This document shows positions 30,448-35,564 of a stretch of 35,564 nucleotides of DNA, piece after piece. Source of the stretch: an uncultured Gemmatimonadales bacterium (GTDB lineage Bacteria; Gemmatimonadota; Gemmatimonadetes; Gemmatimonadales; GWC2-71-9); NCBI GenBank assembly GCA_963842945.1, contig CAWJIM010000022.1, forward strand, positions 1 to 35,564, given 5' to 3'. Position numbers and translations under genes: made by a program. Positions within the stretch are counted from its first letter, which is position 1, and each line of letters opens with the position of its first letter. The notes beneath the pieces were generated by a model. It saw only the letters and a list, made by a program, of their open reading frames with translations, did not search any database and was not told the DNA's origin.

Positions 30448-31480
30448 CTAATACGCCAGGCTGGCGAGACCGACGCCAGCCCCCGTCCCCAGCACATATC
30501 CCAGCGCCGACACCAGCCATGCGTGGCCTCCAACGTGCGGCGCCTTCCCGCCGCCGGGGAACACGTAGCTGTGCAGCAGAGGGATCGACACTCCGCTCGC
30601 CGTGCCGATGAGGCCGCCTACCAGTACGTCCGAGGGGAAATGCTGGTCTGCCTTGACCCGGAGTTCGGCCGTGAAGCCCGGCCAACAGCCCTCCGGCCGC
30701 GGCGACCGCCACGTGCTCCGTGGATCCTGCCTCGGGACGGGACACCAGGTTATCCGTCGCCGCGTATGAGGCCGCGGCGAATGTGGTGGCGGCGTGGCCG
30801 GAAGGCATCGAGAGAAAGGCGTGCTCGCTGGTGACGTCATAGCCCGAGCTGGCCGGGCGCTCCGCCGCCGGCAGATAGGTGAACGGCCTCGGCCGGGAGA
30901 TAGCGGGCTTCAGGACCTGGGTGATCGCCTGCGCCAGGAGCACCGATTCGCCATAGAGCACGAACGGACGGCGGACCACGTTGCCGAAGCCGTGGACGCC
31001 GGGTTGCGTCAGCAGTGCCAGCACCGGGACGCCGGCGAGTGTCGCCATGGCGGCCACATCACTCATCGTCTTGGCGCTCGTGCTCGGATTCCCGATCGCG
31101 TCCCGGTCGATTCCCCAGTTGATGCCCGACGGATCCAACCCTTCCGCTGGGACCGTCTGCAAAGTGGCCGACGCGGTGAGGCCGATCGCATTTCCCCCCA
31201 GACCGATCGCGCCCAGGATGCCGTCGGACCACCAGTTCAGCTGGGGCAGAGCGACCGAGCCTGATTGCGCTCTCGCTCGGGTGAGTCCTGAGTGAGGGAG
31301 CTCTACCCGATATTCACCCGTCACGTCCCCCGAAAACCAGGACGGGAATAGGGGCGACACAATTGCCGCCGCCGGCGCGAAGGAAACGGGCGCCTGCGCA
31401 CAGGCCTGCTCCGCGCGTCCCAGCAGCGTCGCGCCGGCTACAAGAGTCGCCGAGACCAGTCTCGGGAATGGGTGATGCAT
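30448..31480 (-). CDS. PAP2-family phosphatase, frameshift near 30680
   Basis: KPAISRPRP, PSGH, RVKADQHFPSD motifs; N-terminal signal-like segment. Confidence 0.88.
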
Positions 31481-31649
31481 CAGAGGTGGATCATCCTGTT
31501 GGAGACCCTACCGGCATTCCCGCCGGCGTCAAGCTGACCTTTGGGATGGTTTGACCCGCGTGACCCCTGTCACTCCGCGATTGCCGCGGGTAGGCGATGC
31601 TTGTACCCATCCGGCGGTCCTCTCGTCACCCTGCGTCTGGGGGATAACG

Positions 31650-32210
31650 ATGATCGACGTTGAGTTCCCGGCCACAGATGGACAGTGCCCGGACGGCACG
31701 ACCCTGCTGGTGGTTGAGGACGAGCTTCGATTCAGCCGCTTGTTACAGCGGTTCCTGAAACTCTGTGGCGTTTCGCCGATCGAGGCGGCCGACGGGGAGC
31801 AGGCGATCCGGATTCTCGAGGAAGACGAAGGGAATCTGATCGACGCTGTGGTCACCGATCTGAAGATGCCGGTGGTCTCCGGGTGGGAGCTGATCGCAGT
31901 GCTGCGGGAATGCCGTCCTCACCTGCCCGTCATCGCGATGTCTGCAACCGATCCCCCTCTGGCTTTGCTCGGCGGCGTGCCGCTGCTCAGCAAGCCCTTT
32001 TTGCCGGAGCAGCTTCTGGAGACGCTGGCCCCGCTGGTCCTTCGGTCGCGGCAGGTCCGCCGGCAAGCGCGTCAGCAACGCGCCGAGGCCGCCGAGATGC
32101 GATCTCTGGCCGTGTACCAGACGTCTGTTGCGGAGCAGGAGAGGGCCGGGAGTGGCGATCTCAGGGCGGCGCTGCTGAGCCACCGCGCCTCACAGCGAAC
32201 GCGCCCCTAG
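31650..32210 (+). CDS. Response regulator receiver with C-terminal coiled-coil-like tail
   Basis: LLVVEDE, TDLKMPVVSG, AMSA, SKPF. Confidence 0.85.
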   Translation: MIDVEFPATDGQCPDGTTLLVVEDELRFSRLLQRFLKLCGVSPIEAADGEQAIRILEEDEGNLIDAVVTDLKMPVVSGWELIAVLRECRPHLPVIAMSATDPPLALLGGVPLLSKPFLPEQLLETLAPLVLRSRQVRRQARQQRAEAAEMRSLAVYQTSVAEQERAGSGDLRAALLSHRASQRTRP

Positions 32211-32478
32211 TTAGATCTGGTCCTCGTGGTGCGGCAGGCCCAGCTGGCGGCGAAGCTGCTTCAGCAGATCATACTTCAGCGCGACGAACGGATTGTCCAT
32301 CAGCCAGAGCCCCATCGGCGACACGGTCAGACTCACCTGGACCTCGCGTCCCGGCTCCGGGCAGGCCACGGCGATCACCTCGCGGGTCTCCTCCCGGTAG
32401 CTCACCTCGACCGGGCAGCCCAGTGTCAGCGCCAAATCTTCGGCCAGCCGGCTCACCGGGCCTATCCCGCCCGACCAT
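32211..32478 (-). CDS. Hypothetical protein (start uncertain)
   Basis: Coding-like GC-rich frame VSRLAEDLALTLGCPVEV...HHEDQI*, abutting the convergent stop. Confidence 0.5.
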
Positions 32479-32589
32479 GACGTTGAAGGATTGAGTTCTG
32501 TGTGATGGCTAATTTCTCCCCAATGGTACATCTGTACGACCTTTGAATGGTCCCGCTGCGGGCTCCGTAGGCTTCGGGCCCGATACGGG

Positions 32590-32619
32590 TAAACCGGAGC
32601 GCAAATCGGCTCCGGTTTA
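32590..32619. terminator. 11-bp stem-loop, possible terminator
   Basis: TAAACCGGAGC-N8-GCTCCGGTTTA downstream of the 32695-33039 gene. Confidence 0.45.
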
Positions 32620-32694
32620 GTGGCCAAGCTCATTGTGCCCCAACAATTTAGCATGCCTGTCAAGACTCGTGAGTTGCTTCGGTTTTGAGTGGAG

Positions 32695-33039
32695 TTACCG
32701 CGTTTTGCGAACGGTCCAGGCTGCTCGCACCATGTCCACCAGAGATATGATGTACTGCTCGTGAGTCGCCTCGTCAGACTCTATGACCCATACCCGAAAA
32801 CCTTCCTGGCCCTGGTGAGTAAGGGCCAGCATGTAGCCGGTCACGTGCACCACGACATACGGCGGGACCACCAGGCCTTTGAGGCGCGCCTGGCGAATCA
32901 CGTCCGTGGCATCGGTCGAGCTGTAGACCGCCACCAGGTCCCCGGCCAGATAGCAGTCATCGTCATTGGGATCGGGAACCAGCCGGCGCACGACGAAGAG
33001 GTGCCTCCGCTGGCCGGCCTTGTAGACGAGTTGCGCCAT
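32695..33039 (-). CDS. Hypothetical protein
   Basis: 114-aa ORF with GAGGTG RBS-like sequence; no family recognised. Confidence 0.6.
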   Translation of the reverse strand: MAQLVYKAGQRRHLFVVRRLVPDPNDDDCYLAGDLVAVYSSTDATDVIRQARLKGLVVPPYVVVHVTGYMLALTHQGQEGFRVWVIESDEATHEQYIISLVDMVRAAWTVRKTR

Positions 33040-33113
33040 GTCGCCACCTCTTCCGGATAATACCTGTCACCCTGAGCGGAGCGAAGGGGCCGGAGACTTG
33101 TGAAGGGCGAGCT

Positions 33114-33506
33114 CTACTCCGTTCCCCAGGGGTTGTCGATCACGAAGCGCCAGGACCCATCTGCCTGACGCCGGAGAACATCCGCATTCTCGGCCGCGAG
33201 CTTCACCGGCTCACCGTCAGGCCCGGTGCCGTCAAAGGACCACTCCCCGACGACGAGGGCCAGATCGCTCACCTCGAGGACCCGTTTCACCTCGAGATCG
33301 AGCTTCCCGTTCAGGGCAATGAACCCGTCCAGCGCTTCGCAGATATCTCCTAATCCGCGCGCGAGGCTGCCGGGCCGGCTCGCAAAAGCGGCGCCGGGCT
33401 CGTAGAGCGACAGGAGCAGCTCGTGGTTCCCGGTGTTGATCCCCTCGACTACAGCCTCCAGCACCTGCTTCGGTGTTTCCGTCGATACCCGCGTCTCTGT
33501 AAGCAT
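33114..33506 (-). CDS. NTF2-like YybH/DUF4440 protein
   Basis: LLSLYEPGA, ADVLRRQADGSWRFVIDNPWG. Confidence 0.88.
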   Translation of the reverse strand: MLTETRVSTETPKQVLEAVVEGINTGNHELLLSLYEPGAAFASRPGSLARGLGDICEALDGFIALNGKLDLEVKRVLEVSDLALVVGEWSFDGTGPDGEPVKLAAENADVLRRQADGSWRFVIDNPWGTE

Positions 33507-33555
33507 AGGATTCTCGATCCTCTCGACTGGCTCAGGTGGATGCCACATTTACTGT

Positions 33556-33593
33556 CCGTTCACCGCTTCCACCCGTTCACCTTTCACCGTTCA
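33556..33593. repeat. Degenerate heptamer array (CCGTTCA-like)x5
   Basis: CCGTTCA CCGCTTCCA CCCGTTCA CCTTTCA CCGTTCA; last unit supplies the cupin stop. Confidence 0.7.
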
Positions 33594-34178
33594 CCCGGGA
33601 TACACCAACCCGTGCTGCTCGCACAGCCGCGCGATGCTCTCCGGCTGGAAGTGAATCGCGTAGCGGGCGCCGAGCTCCGGGAGATTCGGCACCTCGGCCA
33701 CGCTCACCGCCTTTGTCTCCGCCATCCGCTCGCCCAGCTCGTTGAAGAAGTGCTCGAACCCGGACGGCGAGATGATCTCCAGGATACGGCAGGTCGTGTC
33801 TCCGGCATTCCAGAAGGTGTGCCACTGGTTCCGCGGCTTGAACACCAGGTCGCCCGGCTCGGCGTACACCACGTCGTCGCCCAGCTGCGCGCCCATCCGC
33901 CCCTCGAGCACGTAGCTGTACTCGTCCTCCCGCTCGTGCAGGTGCAGCGGAGCGACCAGGGTGCGCGGCGGAATCGGGTGCTCTACCAGGGAGAAAGTCC
34001 CGCCGGTTTCGGCGCCCCAGATCATGAACCGAACGCCGACTGACTGCAGGTCCACGAACTTGCCGTCGCGGGGACCGATGATCCTGGGTCCACCGGAGCC
34101 GTCGAAGCGGGAGGTGGGGAGCTGGAAGCTCTGCGCCGGCCGGGTCTGACTGGGTTCGGGGATCTGCGTGATAGTCAT
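33591..34178 (-). CDS. Cupin-domain protein
   Basis: PLHLHEREDEYSYVLEG, PRNQWHTFWN, SPSGFEHFF. Confidence 0.92.
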   Translation of the reverse strand: MTITQIPEPSQTRPAQSFQLPTSRFDGSGGPRIIGPRDGKFVDLQSVGVRFMIWGAETGGTFSLVEHPIPPRTLVAPLHLHEREDEYSYVLEGRMGAQLGDDVVYAEPGDLVFKPRNQWHTFWNAGDTTCRILEIISPSGFEHFFNELGERMAETKAVSVAEVPNLPELGARYAIHFQPESIARLCEQHGLVYPG

Positions 34179-34224
34179 AGAGTTGCTCTCCTGATCCAGG
34201 CAAGGGATTGGTCATGTCACCCAT

Positions 34225-34248
34225 TCAGTGAACATCTACGTTCACCGA
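34225..34248. promoter_or_regulatory. Putative TetR operator 1
   Basis: TCAGTGAACA-TCTA-CGTTCACCGA imperfect palindrome. Confidence 0.75.
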
Positions 34249-34290
34249 AGTGCGGATACGATACGTATTGCCGGTGCGCTTGTCAAGAGT

Positions 34291-34314
34291 TCAGTAAACA
34301 GATATGTTCACTGA
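34291..34314. promoter_or_regulatory. Putative TetR operator 2
   Basis: TCAGTAAACA-GATA-TGTTCACTGA, 1 nt before the TetR ATG. Confidence 0.78.
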
Positions 34315-34315
34315 C

Positions 34316-34956
34316 ATGGTAACCCGGAGATACCAGCAGAAGCGCCGCGCCGAGCAGCAGGCGGAGACCCGCCAGCGGATCGTGGAGGCGATGGTCGAGC
34401 TGCACCGCGAGGTGGGGCCGGCGCGGACGACCATCAGCGCCATTGCCGAGCGGGCGGGAGTCGAGCGACTGACTGTGTACCGCCACTTTCCCGACGAGCG
34501 GTCGATGTTCGAGGCCTGCACCTCGCACTACGCGACCCAGGTGCCGGGCCCGGACCCTTCGGCGTGGGAGAGTATCGAGGAGCCGGCCGAACGGCTCCGG
34601 GCCGCGCTGCTCGGTTTCTACGATTACTACCGCCGGGCGGAGGACGTTCTGACTCATGCGGTCCGGGACGTGCCGCAGCTCCCGGTGCTCGCAGCGGTGC
34701 TGAGTCCGTGGGACGCGTTCATGCGGAGGACGCGGCAGGAGTTGGTGCAGGGGTGGGAGGCTCTGGACCGGCGAAAGCGCGCCTGGCCGCGGCTATCGCG
34801 CATTCACTCCGGTTCGAGACCTGGCGATCGCTTGCGCGGGCGGAGGATCTGGAGAATGGGGAGGCCGCGGACCTCATGGTTGATCTTGCGCGTGCGGCGG
34901 CGGCCTCCAGTAAGCCTACCCGCATCAGGCCGCGTGGCGAGCGCCGAGGTCGGTGA
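34316..34956 (+). CDS. TetR/AcrR-family regulator, frameshift near 34766
   Basis: TTISAIAERAGVERLTVYRHFP HTH; C-terminus (LRFETWRSL) in another frame; divergent from the cupin. Confidence 0.9.
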
Positions 34957-35341
34957 CCGCTGTCGTGCTTTCGGCTCGGAGCATCAGGACGGCGAGTGCT
35001 ACGGCGACGAGCAGCAACACGGGCACGTCACCCACCAGGTGACCCGCCTCGGCCGGGTCCTCGACCGCCATGCCGGCCATGATCACTGCATGCACGACGC
35101 TCGACCAGATGGTGAACCAGATGAGGCTCCGATTCCTCATCGGGTCGCGTGACGCCAGGATCAGAAAGACGCCCAGGGTCGCGTAGACCCCCAGAATCAT
35201 GGGCCAGTAATGGGAGTGTCCCACCCCCCAGCTCCATCCGCTGGGCCACACAATCGATAGCGTCTCGAGCCCGACGATGAAGGTCACGCCGACTGCGAGC
35301 AAGGCGTAACGCAGAGCAGCAATACGGTCAGGCCTGTTCAT
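34925..35341 (-). CDS. Small multi-pass membrane protein (DUF6632-like)
   Basis: WPSGW, MILGVYATLGVFL, SLIWFTIWSSVVHA, HLVGDV. Confidence 0.75.
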   Translation of the reverse strand: MNRPDRIAALRYALLAVGVTFIVGLETLSIVWPSGWSWGVGHSHYWPMILGVYATLGVFLILASRDPMRNRSLIWFTIWSSVVHAVIMAGMAVEDPAEAGHLVGDVPVLLLVAVALAVLMLRAESTTAVTDLGARHAA

Positions 35342-35508
35342 TTCATCCCCCTCAGCTGTGAGTTCTAGCGGACTGGTGCCCGGCTCTCCTGCGTGGACTA
35401 CCGCATGGGCCGCCGCCACCGAGCTACCGCGACGGAAAGGAGTTTGAGGACCCCCGTGGACACTTGGATCCAGCGTGGAGGCTGGGTTCGACTGCAGCGA
35501 AGGGAATA

Positions 35509-35538
35509 GGCGCGGTGAAGCGTCGTGCTCACCGCGCC
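35509..35538. other. 10-bp perfect stem-loop
   Basis: GGCGCGGTGA-N10-TCACCGCGCC; function unknown. Confidence 0.45.
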
Positions 35539-35564
35539 GGCTTCCCACCTACGGTGTCCTATAA

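Noticed and set aside
31511..31530. Fourth motif L copy (CCGGCATTCCCGCCGGCGTC) upstream of PAP2, and a partial match near 19264
   Set aside because: Too degenerate to distinguish from chance in GC-rich DNA
3025..34956. Programmed frameshifting or wholesale pseudogenisation
   Set aside because: Scattered single-base indels without evident slippery sites are best explained by long-read error; only the 12.2-14.4 kb cluster is flagged

Overview
High-GC bacterial DNA, most likely Gemmatimonadota (inferred from the two 'ELGRGGMA.VYLA.D.KH.R.VA.K.L' Ser/Thr kinases). It holds about 30 mostly accessory genes: a four-helix-bundle gene, a tamB-bamA/tamA pair, two Ser/Thr kinases, a LuxR-TPR regulator with hydrolase-fold and FAD-oxidase neighbours, an amidohydrolase, TMEM175, cupins, SDR, VOC, RibD-C, SnoaL/DUF4440 proteins, CHRD and cupredoxin lipoproteins, a PAS hybrid kinase, a Tat sulfatase, a PAP2 phosphatase and a TetR-cupin unit. 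Many genes are broken by single-base indels, probably long-read errors. I saw no rRNA, tRNA, CRISPR, integrase, transposase or reverse transcriptase. The most striking signal is non-coding. From 10 to 30.5 kb the window reads as a chain of cargo blocks bounded by diverged direct repeats. Two are duplicated gene 3' ends (93 bp and 24 bp) whose mismatches all fall at third codon positions. Two short junction motifs alternate strictly (R-L-R-L-R-L-R) from 22.1 to 30.4 kb, twice enclosing a ~250-bp hairpin element. Separately, the four-helix-bundle gene is bracketed by inverted heptamer arrays that pair best as sense-strand RNA. All alignments were done by eye and the mechanisms are inference.
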